From Eledone cirrhosa (lineage: Eukaryota): DNA of 64,000 nucleotides. A model generated the notes under the pieces. It made no database searches. It was not told where the DNA came from and saw only the letters and a program-made list of their open reading frames with translations. Made by a program: the position numbers and the translations under genes. The stretch covers positions 101,122,001-101,186,000 of the forward strand of contig OZ024741.1 in assembly GCA_964016885.1 (NCBI GenBank), given 5' to 3'. This document shows positions 52,898 through 64,000 of the stretch, one piece after another. Each line of letters begins with the position of its first letter. The stretch's first letter is position 1.

Positions 52898-53742
52898 CAT
52901 CATCATCATCATTTTACGTCCGCTTTTCCCTGTTTGCAAGGGTGGGACGGGTCTTATTCAGCACAGCATCTCTCCACTCGTCACGGTCCTTCGTCATCTC
53001 CACCGTGAGCTTCAATGATTTGAGGTCTGTTCTCACCATCTCCGCCCATGTTTTTCGTGGTCTACCTCTACCACGTCTTCCTTCAACTGGCATTTCCTGG
53101 CACTTCTTCACCCATCGGTCATCCTCCATGCGCATCACATGTCCATACCATCTCAGACTCCTCTCCCGTACACTACATTCTATCCCTCTCAGACACAGTT
53201 TCTCTCTCAACACATTTATGCTGGGTCGTTCACGCACATTTACACTGCACATCCAACGGAGCATGCTTGCCTCATTTCTCTCCAGCCGTCGCATATCCTC
53301 TGCAGTTGCTGCCCATGTCTCACTACCATGCAGCATCGCGCTCCTCACGCAGGCATCATACAACCGGCCTTTCGTACGCAGGGAGAAACCCTTCTTCGTC
53401 AAAAGAGGAAGCAGCTCCCTAAACTTCTTCTAACCCGTCCTTATTCTAGATACTATGGCCTCGGAACACCCTCCTCCCATGCTAATCTGATCTCATAGGT
53501 ACCGGAAGCTATCCACCACTTCTATAGCGCCCTCCTGCATTTGAAAAATGTGTCTATCAATGCGACTTCTACTGTCTAATTTCCTTGTACATCTACTGCA
53601 TACATATTTCTCCCTACCTTTTAGTTTGCCTGCTATCCCGCTACATCTCTTGTGTACTCAGGATCTGCATTGTGTGCATTTTATAGAATTTATGCCAGTT
53701 CCTTTTCTGCATATCGAACATGGCCATTTCCCTGACGGTATC
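52898..53742 (-). mobile_element. RTE family B (subfamily of 4030-4491), 3' fragment
   Basis: GKWPCSIC...WVHKRC and KGRLYDACVRSAMLHGSETW; tail. Confidence 0.9.
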
Positions 53743-53754
53743 ATATATACACAC

Positions 53755-54098
53755 ATCATCATCATCATCATTTCATTTTACGTCCGCTTTTCCCTGCTTG
53801 CAAGGGTGGGACGGGAACTGATTCTGGCTTGATTTCTACAGCTGGATGCCCTTCTTAACACCAACCTCATTTACAGTGAGTGCTGGGTGCTTTTTGCCGT
53901 GGCACCTACATGACCACTTTGCAGTGGAATGATAGGGACCCCAGTCCCTATCATCTCATTTCTACAGCTGAGGAAACTGGAGCAATGTGAAATAAAGTGT
54001 CTTGCTCAAGGAAACAACACATCACCCGGTCTGAGAATTGAACTCACAACCTTTCGATTGCAAGGCCAATGTTCTAACCACTAAGCCATGTGCCTCCA
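53755..54098 (-). mobile_element. tRNA-SINE (same family as 20501)
   Basis: Full head, body and RTE tail. Confidence 0.88.
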
Positions 54099-54663
54099 CA
54101 TATATATATATATATATATATACTCTCCACATATATATATATATATATACATATATACACACATATATATATATATATACATATATACACACATATATAT
54201 ATATATACATATATACACACATACATATATATACATATATACACACATACATATATATACATATATACACACATACATATATATACATATATACACACAT
54301 ATATATATATATATATATACATATATACACACATATATATATATACATATATACACACACATATATATATATATACACATATACAGATTTGTTTTATAAA
54401 TAAATATTGACATACCCGGAAAAATATATATATACACACATATATATATATATATATATACACATACATATATATATATATACACATACATATGCATAAA
54501 CATATACATATATATATATATATATATATACACATACATATGCATATACATATATATATATATAAATATATATATATATTAAAAATATTTAGAAGACCAT
54601 ACGCTATCAGTTTTAAAGTAGTGACTGTGTCACTCACTTCTTTTTGGCGAAAGAAGGGAGAGA

Positions 54664-54705
54664 AGCTGACAGTCTGTTTCACGCTGGTTGGCATTCATCA
54701 GGGCC
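54664..54705 (-). ncRNA. Hammerhead H3, inverted copy
   Basis: Minus strand GGCC-CTGATGA-ATGCCAACCAGCGT-GAAA-CAGACTG-TC-AGCT. Confidence 0.7.
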
Positions 54706-55130
54706 ACATACATATATATATACATACATATATATACACATATATATATATATACATATATATACACATATATATATATATACATATATATACACATATA
54801 TATATACATACATATATATACACACATATATACATACATATATATACACATATATATATATACATACATATACACATATATATATACATACATATACACA
54901 TATATATATACATACATATACACATATATATATATATATACACACACATATATATATATATACACACACATATATATATATATACACACACATATATATA
55001 TACATATATATATACACATATATATATACATACACATATTAATACATACATATATATATTTGTATATATATGTACACATATATATATAGGGCCACATACT
55101 TATATTTTCGGCTGAATCAGGGGCGTACGT

Positions 55131-55172
55131 GGCTCCGATGAACGCCAACCAGCATGAAACAGGCTGTCAGCT
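55131..55172 (+). ncRNA. Hammerhead H3, first tandem copy (core U4>C)
   Basis: GGCT-CCGATGA-ACGC CAACCA GCAT-GAAA-CAGGCTG-TC^-AGCT, 293 bp upstream of the second copy. Confidence 0.6.
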
Positions 55173-55423
55173 TCTCTGCCTTCTTTCACTGAAAAGAAGT
55201 GACACAGTCACTACTTTAAAACTGATAGCGTATGTCTTCTAAATGTTTTTAATTAAACATACGGTATATTGCCAAATATACTATACATACATTCATGTGT
55301 ACATCGCTATTTCAGAACACCAATCCTAATACCTAATCGCTCTGTATAATCAGTCCCTGATTATTACTGGAATTCTATAAGAAACCAGCTTCTATAATTT
55401 TCGGCGAAAGCAGGGGAGTACGT

Positions 55424-55465
55424 GGTTCTGACGAATGCCAACCAGCGTGAAACAGACTGTCAGCT
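55424..55465 (+). ncRNA. Minimal type-I hammerhead ribozyme (element H3, second tandem copy)
   Basis: GGTT-CTGACGA-ATGC CAACCA GCGT-GAAA-CAGACTG-TC^-AGCT. Confidence 0.75.
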
Positions 55466-55657
55466 TCTCTGCCTTCTTTCACTGAAAAGAAGTGACAAAG
55501 TCACTACTTTAAAACTGATAGCGTATGTCTTCTAAATGTTTTTAATTAAACATACGGTATATTGCCAAATATACTATACATACATTCATGTGTACATCGC
55601 TATTTCAGAACACCAATCCTAATACCATATATATCTATATGTATATATACATATATA

Positions 55658-55712
<55 letters not shown>

Positions 55713-55914
55713 CTCCTCATCATCATCATTTAACATCCATTTTCCACACTAGCATGGGTTAGACAAGTTGTCCAGTTCTGAGACAGCCATGTCGGAGGAC
55801 CGTGTTTTCCTCACAGAACATACATACACAGAACATATACATACATATATATATGTTCATATATATATATATGCATACACATATACATAAATATATATAT
55901 AAAATCATAAACTT

Positions 55915-56157
55915 ATAAATTCTACAACTTTAGCCAACAAAATATGGGAACTAGAGAGGAAGGGAGCTGAATACAAGATTTCTTGGTCTGTCCTGGGATT
56001 CGCCGACCAGTACAAACATGATATGAGTATTTGTAATATCTGTATACTAGAATTGTACTTTATAATTACTGAAAAAAATTTAATAAATAATAAATTAGAA
56101 TGGGTTTTCCACTGTAGACATAAACACTTTAAAACTTTCTATTATGATCCTGACTAA
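55915..56157 (+). mobile_element. Penelope-like GIY-YIG C-terminal fragment
   Basis: STTLANKIWELERKGAEYKISWSVL...CNICILE...LINNKLEW..HCRHK. Confidence 0.7.
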
Positions 56158-57036
56158 CATAGAATCCGATCCCACAACTATACCCTTTAGACATATAAAT
56201 AATACTAGTGATTGACCTCAACTCTGTGTATTCATCACTATAGAATATATTAATGGTGACAGAGAATACTCCACATGGCCCAGCCTTATCAAATAGGAAC
56301 ATTAAGATGTCACAATGATTTACCACTACCTGCTTGAAGTGCATGATAAGGAATTCTTTAAATCTCAGTGCAAGTGCCGACACTGATCAATGGTCATGGA
56401 ACTACCCTTTATTCAACAAATCAACAGCCACTTCTGTTAACTATGTTAGCCCTACCTCATGGAGAGAAAAAAAAATAATGATGATGGTAATACTATCAAT
56501 GCTAATGATAGAGTTATTACTGTTGTTATTGCTTGGGAATTCCTCTATAAATTTACATAGTTTTTCTCTCAATATAGTTGTTGATATTTCAATACTTTTA
56601 TGACTTTATATAGCCTAAATTTCTCTTTAGCAACACACCTTCTCTCTCTATATATATAAACATTTCCCTGTATGATTAAAAACATTATTAGACTTTGATA
56701 ACTGATATGTAAGACTGTTGATGCAGAATATTGGAATTTGAATTCTCCCAAAACAGACATCGGCTTAGCAGTTTTAGATGTACTCACATATTAATGAAAT
56801 ACATGTCAGTTACATAAATAGTGGAATTGGTGTATTCATGTAATTTATTAATTTCTATATAAATACTCCAGGAATTACCTTTATTGTACCTACGGTTAAT
56901 CACCACAGAAAAACTATGAAAAACAATTCATTTGTTGAGTCAAAAACCACTATGTTGACACAGTCTTCGATTTCAAGTTACACAAATTCAACTAATGGAC
57001 ACCGATTACTACTATAATCTCTCTCTCTCCCTCTCT

Positions 57037-57100
<64 letters not shown>

Positions 57101-58391
57101 CCTACCTATGTATCTATCTATCTCTGGACAATAAAGACAACAGCATCTATCTATTTACCTACCTATTTTTCTGTCTGTTTATCTATCAGTATGTCTATCT
57201 AACTAGCTATCTATCTATCTACCAATGTATATTTATCTATCTACCCATTTACCTTTCTATCTACCTGTCAATCAATAGTTATCTATTTATGAATATTTAC
57301 CAATATATTTATCTTCGGACAAGAACAATAATAAAGCCCAAATACATATAGAGGTAAGTAGGCACCTAAGTGATAGATAAGTAGATAGAGAGACAGATAG
57401 ACAGACAGGCAGGCAGAAAGTCAGACAAACAGACTAGATACATAATTTAGTGAATATATGTTTGATAATAATTAATGAAAATGTGGGAGAAAATTATTGT
57501 AACTAATTTAAATGAATGTAAAATGAAATACAACAATTATTGTTGTGACAAGAGGGAGAAGATCAAGGAAAAGTGAGGATTCAAGTATCTTTATATAGAA
57601 TGTTGTAATCAATGAATTATCAAATTTAATATTTTTTACTATAAACCCTGTCATTTGTTATGGGTACTATGCTAGTATATATATAGAGAGAGATAAATGT
57701 TAAAAATACCAGTATAGCTAAGAGCTTATTGAATAGGAATAAAAATAAAAAAAGGAGGGCACACAAGACAAAGACAATGGAAAAAACAGACAGTCCCTGC
57801 TCTACAGTCAATTTCTAGAAATCTTTCAGTGCATTAAAATTGGAACTATTCATTCCAGTGCATATGGAACAGTAACAGAACAAAACAGGAAGACATAGAA
57901 CAAATTGTTCCTTTCAATGAATTACACAACACAAATATAGCCAAAATACTCTACAAACTAATGTGCTTCTAATGAAAAGGAAGAGATAAAAATGTGATGT
58001 GCAATAGCTTAGCCAAGAAGAGAAAAATAAAAATAAATAGTTCAGACTGTAGTCCTATAAACAGAGAGCACAAAATAAATGACACCTCATCCAGCTATTT
58101 TGTATGACTACAGTCCTAACTATTTATTTCTATTTTCTCCTTATCTAAGCTATTTTTATCCCTTCAGTTGAAGCACATTGGTTTATAGCATCTTTTTTGG
58201 GGGGCTATATTTGTGTAATTTATCGAAAGACAATTTGTCCTATGTCAGTATGTTATAGAAAATAATATTTAAAACGATTTTTACAAATAAAAAAATAGTT
58301 TTCTCTATAACCAATAAAACCATCATCATATTTGATGACATGGATAAATAAATTAGTTAGTTATTTGATTAATAAAGGGTCCAAAACTCAC

Positions 58392-59002
58392 CTGGTCGTA
58401 ACAGTAGAAATAATATCTAAAGCTAATTTCTGCAAAGCGATATGTTCTGAAAGTTCATAGGAATAATTCCCAGATATTTCTGAAACTGTAACAGTCACTG
58501 AATATTTTGATTTAACAATTTTTGGTTTAACATACCAGCAGGTGTCAGTAAACACTACACTGTAAGGCAAGATTTCAAAATATGCCAGAAATGTCGGTAT
58601 CTTTCCAGTACAGATGAAATGCAAAAGCTTCTGCTTCGATTTTCTCTGACGATTAAAGGCTATGTTTAGTTCTTCGAGAGCTTTTGATGATGCAAAATAT
58701 TCTTCACATATAAACATTACAATTACATCTGCTTCTTCAAGTAATGCCAGTCGATCATGAATCGAAGTATTGAAGAGAAGGACTTGCATATCTGAGAAAT
58801 AGTTTTCAAGAATTGAAACCAAAATGGCAGCAAATTTCATGTCATGGGGTGCAAAACAAAACAGTATTTTGCAGGGCTTTTTGTAAATACCACAGTTTAC
58901 TTTAGAAGTAATTATTTTCCCCTTCAAGTCATAATTAGCTTCAAGTTCTCTTTGTCTAAACTGATATAAAAGTTTCGACAGAGAAACGTTTTGGTTTTTC
59001 AA
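58392..59002 (-). CDS. TIR-domain gene, exon (second TIR)
   Basis: Acceptor ttttctttttt-ctgaacAG and donor AG|GTGAGT, phase 0-2. Contains ILFCFAPHDMKFAAIL...LEEADVIVMFICEEYFASSKALEELNIAFNRQR. Confidence 0.85.
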
Positions 59003-59477
59003 CTGTTCAGAAAAAAGAAAATAAACAAATTTTAATTATAATAATAACATTTTGTGTATAAATATATAATATGATAAATATATAAAAATGTATGGCAGGG
59101 AGGGCTTTAGACATACCAAGGATATAACAATCTTCCTAGTGCTTGTACCATGTACACAGCACTTAGTGGTTGAAGTTAGGAAGGACATCAGACTTACACT
59201 TTTTAAAAGGTTTTATATATATATATATTAATGTGGTAGTTGTGTGCCATATATTGGTATATATTATAGATTAGTAAAACATTATCTGATAGAGAACTCA
59301 AACAAAATATAGTAGAAAGATATATTTTATATATAGTAGGTAGAGCCACCAACAAGGCAAAACTTATGTGTAACTGTCATCATTTATGTGTGTGTGTGTG
59401 TGTGTGTGCATGTTTTATCATTGAGTTGGATAGGTTGTTATGGTTCAAGACTAGACAGTTCAGTGTAATGCATCTTG

Positions 59478-60280
59478 CTTATACTAAAGTTTTAGTAACT
59501 AGGAAAGAAGACAGAGAAGTGGTTTGCTCGATATGCATAAAAAGAGTAGGTAGAAACTCCACATGATGTTCATGTAAATCTTGGGTACGCAAGCGGTGTA
59601 GTGAGATTTCAGGCAGATGAACTGAAAATCTAAACTGAGTATGCAGTAGATACACAGGGATAGTTGGTAGTAAGAGCATCAATAAAATAAATGTTTTCCA
59701 ATCTTAGGAAGGACCCATAGAAATGGTGGATAGCTTCTACTACCTAGGTAATATAATTAGCAGTGGAAAATGTTGCTCAGAGAGCATAATAGCTAAAATA
59801 AGTACAAGATGGAAAAAGTTCAGGGAGACACTACCTCTGTTGAACAAAAGGTTTCTTTCTAGGACTGAAAGGCCAGCTGTATAATGCCTGTGTAAAATGT
59901 TGAATGATAGGGAGACATGAGCAGTGAATGCAGAGAAATGAAAAGTCTGGAAAGAAATGAAGTGAGCATGCTCCAATGGATGTGTAATGTTAATGTGCAA
60001 GAACAATGAAGATGAGATATGAGAAAAAAAACTGGGAATAAAAGGAATCAGATGTAGTGTGCAAGACTGTGCTAGTATGGGCATATGATGTTTATATATG
60101 ATGATAATTAGGTGAAGATGTGCCTTGGCAGAGGAAGACCTAGGCAGAGGTTGTGACCTCAAGTCACTGAAGCTCAAAATTGAGATGATAAAAGACTGCA
60201 ATAAGTTAAGAGATGCTGTCCTGGAAAAGACACGTCCAACATGCAAGCATAGAAAAACGGATGTAAACAATGATGATGAT
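59478..60280 (+). mobile_element. Old decayed RTE family B fragment
   Basis: TKVLV...CSIC...VGRNS remnants and a (TGA)n tail. Confidence 0.75.
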
Positions 60281-60301
60281 ATATAGATATGAAACCCTTA
60301 C

Positions 60302-60499
60302 CTTGTTTTTACTTGTCATCCAACTAAATTCTTGTTGCAAAGTTTTGTTTTTGTAACACTTATTTAGAAGAGGTGACAAGCTGTTCATGACAGGTACCAA
60401 ACAATCACCTCGAGCATCTATCATATGTAGAGGTCCAAACCAGTGTGGAATTGATGCAACATCAGCAATACAAACAGGTACTAAGACCATAGGGTGTGT
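60302..60499 (-). CDS. TIR-domain gene, exon
   Basis: Acceptor tatttatttcAG and donor AAG|GTAAGG, phase 0-0. THPMVLVPVCIADVASIPHWFGPLHMIDAR completes the TIR (beta-D LVPV, IP, ID). Confidence 0.82.
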
Positions 60500-61401
60500 C
60501 TGAAATAAATACATCAATTGATTAGTCAACGGAAACTCTTTCGTTACCATATTTCTAACAAAAGATATTGCTTATGATTTTCAAGTAATTTTGAAAATAA
60601 TAAAAAATTTTGAATCATCTGATAAAATATTTTATTTTCTCATTATTAAGCTGGGTATTGGAGCATAACTTAAAGTTTCTAACATAAAACTATGATGGAC
60701 AGTGTAGGTACCATGATAAAAAAGCACCCAGTACTCACTGTAAATGAGGTTGGTGTTAGGAAGGACATCCAGCTGTAGAAATCAAGCCAAAATCAGTTCT
60801 GTATGAGCAAGACATGGTCACCTGACATGGCATTGCCCACAACAGGATAATTCATCTAACCCATGCTAGCGTGGAAGAGTGGATGTAAAACAGTGATGAT
60901 GATGATGATATAAACTTTAAACTAAACAACTTAATATTGCAGAACCATATTCTAACAAGTAGTTAATTGTCCCTTAAGACAGATAGTGTTGTCATTAAAA
61001 GGTACTTATACTAATGGCATGTTTTGGGTGGAGGCAGTATTTTTATTTAGAAAATAAAAAAAATACTTCCAAGAAACAGAAAGGCTACTGTGAAGGCTCA
61101 TGTGGATGTAGAAGACACACTCCAGCTGCTGACCCACAGACAAGTAGTCTCCTCTCTCTCTGCCTCTTCAACCCACTACAACAATGATCTCTGATCCTTA
61201 GAGATGGCTGGTTGGTCTCATGCCAGCTTCACTCAAGCACTCCTGACTTACTTGCCTTTTCTAGCCTCATCATGCATGTTGTATCCAATGCCCAAGGTCC
61301 CACACTAGCCACTACACACAATCCTTTCTGCTCAAAACAACATCCCTCTGGAACTCCACATCTTTTCTACAAAAACAAATTAATAACAAGGATTTTCTCA
61401 C

Positions 61402-61544
61402 TTTTTCTTCAGAGATACTCAAAGCAATAGCAATACTGAATTCTTCTTGGCACATAAGAGATTCAAAGTATGCTGGTGCAATGAGAATCACACAACATTT
61501 GGAACATTCCAAAGCTCTGTAAATTGACTGCTGCCAATCACTAC
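61402..61544 (-). CDS. TIR-domain gene, exon (first TIR visible in window)
   Basis: Acceptor ttctattccAG and donor AAA|GTGAGA, phase 1-0. GSDWQQSIYRALECSKCCVILIAPAYFESLMCQEEFSIAIA fits the TIR pattern G..W...I..AL..S...(I/L)...P.Y..S..C..E...A. Confidence 0.85.
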
Positions 61545-62343
61545 CTGGAATAGAAGAATAAAGAATAAACATATATAATGAATAAGCTGAGAGAATAACT
61601 GGGTATAAGAGGAATCAGATATCATGTGCAGGAGAGAAGACAGTGTTGGTGTGGATATGTGATGCATATGAATGATGATTATTGGGTGAAGAAGTGCTAA
61701 GTGATCTCAATGGAAGAAAGCTACAGTAAAAAACAAATGATGGCCTGGGAAGTGGTGCTAAGACTAGATCTCAAAATACTGAACCTCAAAACCTCACAGA
61801 GATATCAAGGGAATGTGATAAGTGAAGGATGCTGTGCTGGAAAAAACCCATCCAACCCATGCAAGCATGGAAATAGTCATGATGATGATGACTTTCATGA
61901 TACTAGAGTGATAAAGAGAGAGATAATTGCTGGAACTTTCCAGAACAGAGATATCCAATATGTATTTATCCACTTGACACAGACATGGGTAAGTGATTAA
62001 TAAGTTTGCTTTGCAAACATGAAGCCCTGGGTTGCATCCTACTTCATGGTGTCTTGGGCAAGTGGCTTTACTATAGCCTTAGGTTGACCTAAGCCTTGTG
62101 AATGAAATTTGGTATATGGAAGCAATGTAGAAGCCTGTCAAATGGACTGTACCTGTAATTCAAAGGTCTGGCTTTCTCATTGTGTCAAATTGATTCAACC
62201 TGTAAATTACATTCAGAGTACACGTGTCTGTGGAATACTCAACCATTTACACATTAATTCACATGTTCAACATCAAAACCAACAGAGGATCCACCATTTA
62301 TCCATTACATTCATATGATAAATAGAGAGATAATTGATAGAAC

Positions 62344-62743
62344 TGTAGTAAGAGTTGCCTCCCCTGCCACGACAATTGAATCGCTGTTCCCTAGACAGGA
62401 AGTAGGTGGAGTTGCTTCCCTTTGGGATTGACCAAACTCCCTAGTGGTCACTTCCGGTCAACAGAGATAAAAGGAGCGATTAACCGCGAAATCTCTCTCT
62501 CGCCTCCTGATTCCCGAAGTGGTAACATCTTCGACCATAGCTGGATTCTTTCTGGACGACCCTTTCGTTACCAGCACAATCCAGCTCACCAGCCTGACAA
62601 CTTCACAATGGCATTATTGCCATCGGGTAACAACCCTTTACCTTATACACCTTTGACTTCTATGAAGTAAAACTTTATCACACACACCAGTACTCTTTGT
62701 CTTTTATATTATGTTGCATGTGCACCGATATCTATTTCCTAAA
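62344..62743 (+). mobile_element. 5' LTR of a Gypsy (CsRn1-like) retrotransposon
   Basis: TGTAGTAA...TTCCTAAA imperfect inverted ends, immediately followed by a PBS. Confidence 0.75.
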
Positions 62744-62744
62744 G

Positions 62745-62762
62745 TGGTGACCCCGACGTGAT
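62745..62762 (+). promoter_or_regulatory. Primer binding site for tRNA-Trp
   Basis: TGGTGACCCCGACGTGAT is complementary to the 3' end of tRNA-Trp (ATCACGTCGGGGTCACCA). Confidence 0.9.
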
Positions 62763-63223
62763 ATTTTTTTTTTTCAATGGGAAATGGTTATACGGTGTAT
62801 CTGATATGATATAGGACACAAACAAAAAAAAGAAAAAAGAGAAAAATATAACACCTACAATTATTGACACGCAGACAAACCACAATTCTATAAATGTTTT
62901 CACCATCCTCATTTTCTCTCCTTTTTCTGCCTTTCGCTTCTCTCGCAAAAAAATAATTTTTACGAGGATGACAAGATGGAGTCTCTCTTCTTTTTAAATA
63001 GTGTTTTGGCGCGAAATAGTCCGCCATGTTGGATTTTTTTTTTTGTTGAGTTTTTAGGCCCCCCGAAATTAACGTAGATAACAGCATTCAAGTAATCGCT
63101 GGTTCGCACACTGTCCCGGATGCATTAGTTTTCCGGTTCAGTGCTCTGACGAAAGATTTTAGTTTCCATTTACTGTTACCTTAGAGACATTTTCCCCATA
63201 CGGTAGATCACTACGGCATACCA

Positions 63224-64000
63224 ATGGCTTCCCACTCTGTTCTGCCAACGTACACGGGCGACGTAAGGTTGTGGTTCTCGCAATTAGAAGCTTTCTTCAG
63301 GGCGAACAGAGTCGACGAGGAACTACAGCATTCTGTGGTCCTCAGTGCCATTCCGCCGGCAATTCTCCCAGCGGTCAAGGACCTCGTGTTGGAGGCAACG
63401 GCAGAGTCGTCGTACGCGTCTCTGAAGGCTGAAATACTCAGCCGGACAGAACAGTCGTCAGAGAGGAGATTTAGGGCTCTGGTCCACCTGGAGCACATAG
63501 GGGATGGCACACCATCGAACCTCCTTAGGCGGATGAAGGACCTAACGGAGGGGTCTGCAGCGGAGACTGCCCTGCTGAAGCAGTTGTTCTTTTCGCGCCT
63601 GCCGACGAACGTACAGGCAATTTTGGCCCCCATGAGGGATTCGAGCTCGGTTGAGCAGCTTGCCTCATCGGCGGACAAGATATTCGAGGTGACGAATGCC
63701 GGAGACAGTGACCCCCTCGCCGCTGTTCAACACCCAGCTCGGGCCACACACGGCCATGCGATCTACGCGGCAGCACCAACGGATAGCTTGGCGATCATTG
63801 CGATGCAAAGGTCCATTCAGGAGCTCACCATGGAGCTCCACAAGATGAAGGCCTTGTGTGGTGGCTGTTCGCGCGCCCGCAGTCGCGGGAGATCGCAAAG
63901 TTTCAGACGACGGTCCAAATCACCTGGTTCAGCCTTATGCTGGTACCACGAGCGGTTCGCGGAGAACGCGAAGCACTGCGTGCAACCTTGCTCCTATCAT
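63224..64000 (+). CDS. Gag of a CsRn1-clade Gypsy LTR retrotransposon (runs off the window)
   Basis: ATG at 63224, open to the window end: LWFSQLEAFF..., PSNLLRRMK, LFFSRLPTNVQAIL, LASSADKI and CWYHERFAENAKHCVQPC (C-x2-H-x9-C-x3-C). Confidence 0.9.
   Translation, partial: MASHSVLPTYTGDVRLWFSQLEAFFRANRVDEELQHSVVLSAIPPAILPAVKDLVLEATAESSYASLKAEILSRTEQSSERRFRALVHLEHIGDGTPSNLLRRMKDLTEGSAAETALLKQLFFSRLPTNVQAILAPMRDSSSVEQLASSADKIFEVTNAGDSDPLAAVQHPARATHGHAIYAAAPTDSLAIIAMQRSIQELTMELHKMKALCGGCSRARSRGRSQSFRRRSKSPGSALCWYHERFAENAKHCVQPCSYH

Larger units (their letters stand above)
47149..55900. repeat. Compound (TA)n/(TACA)n/(CA)n microsatellite field containing nested inserts
   Basis: Long AT/AC dinucleotide tracts; source of the many Y/I/H/T and M/C/V/Y ORFs. 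Confidence 0.95.

Noticed and set aside
47038-55148. Dozens of 70-280 aa ORFs rich in Y/I/H/T or M/C/V/Y
   Set aside because: They are translations of TA/CA microsatellites, which lack stop codons. The same applies at 23689-23994 and 29994-31273.

Overview
AT-rich, repeat-dense animal DNA. The SINE/LINE families and the large (TA/CA)n tracts resemble octopus; this is inferred from repeat content only. The window holds the 3' ends of two convergent spliced genes. (1) SPATA7-like, + strand: exons <1-301, 1353-1427, 3950-4007 and 34550-35809, with a 30.5-kb last intron and a coding 21-bp tandem repeat. (2) A tandem-TIR-domain gene, - strand: exons 61544-61402, 60499-60302, 59002-58392, 41607-41529 and 40135-39503, ending in a polybasic + CLLL (CaaX) tail. 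The introns are filled with RTE and CR1 LINEs, tRNA-SINEs, Penelope-like elements, Chapaev3/mariner/Merlin-type DNA elements, solo LTRs and the 5' end of a CsRn1-type Gypsy element. Three observations stand out. (a) Several unrelated, ORF-less mini-elements each carry a minimal type-I hammerhead ribozyme, are arranged head-to-head and sit in TA microsatellites; one has a 293-nt tandem ribozyme-to-ribozyme unit (retrozyme-like). (b) A 25.5-kb segment is bounded by perfect 28-bp inverted termini and an 8-bp direct repeat, and it splits a hairpin, which suggests a composite macro-transposon. (c) The multi-TIR protein is probably prenylated and keeps the glutamate at the TIR-NADase catalytic position. 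All calls come from manual reading; no database search or folding program was run.
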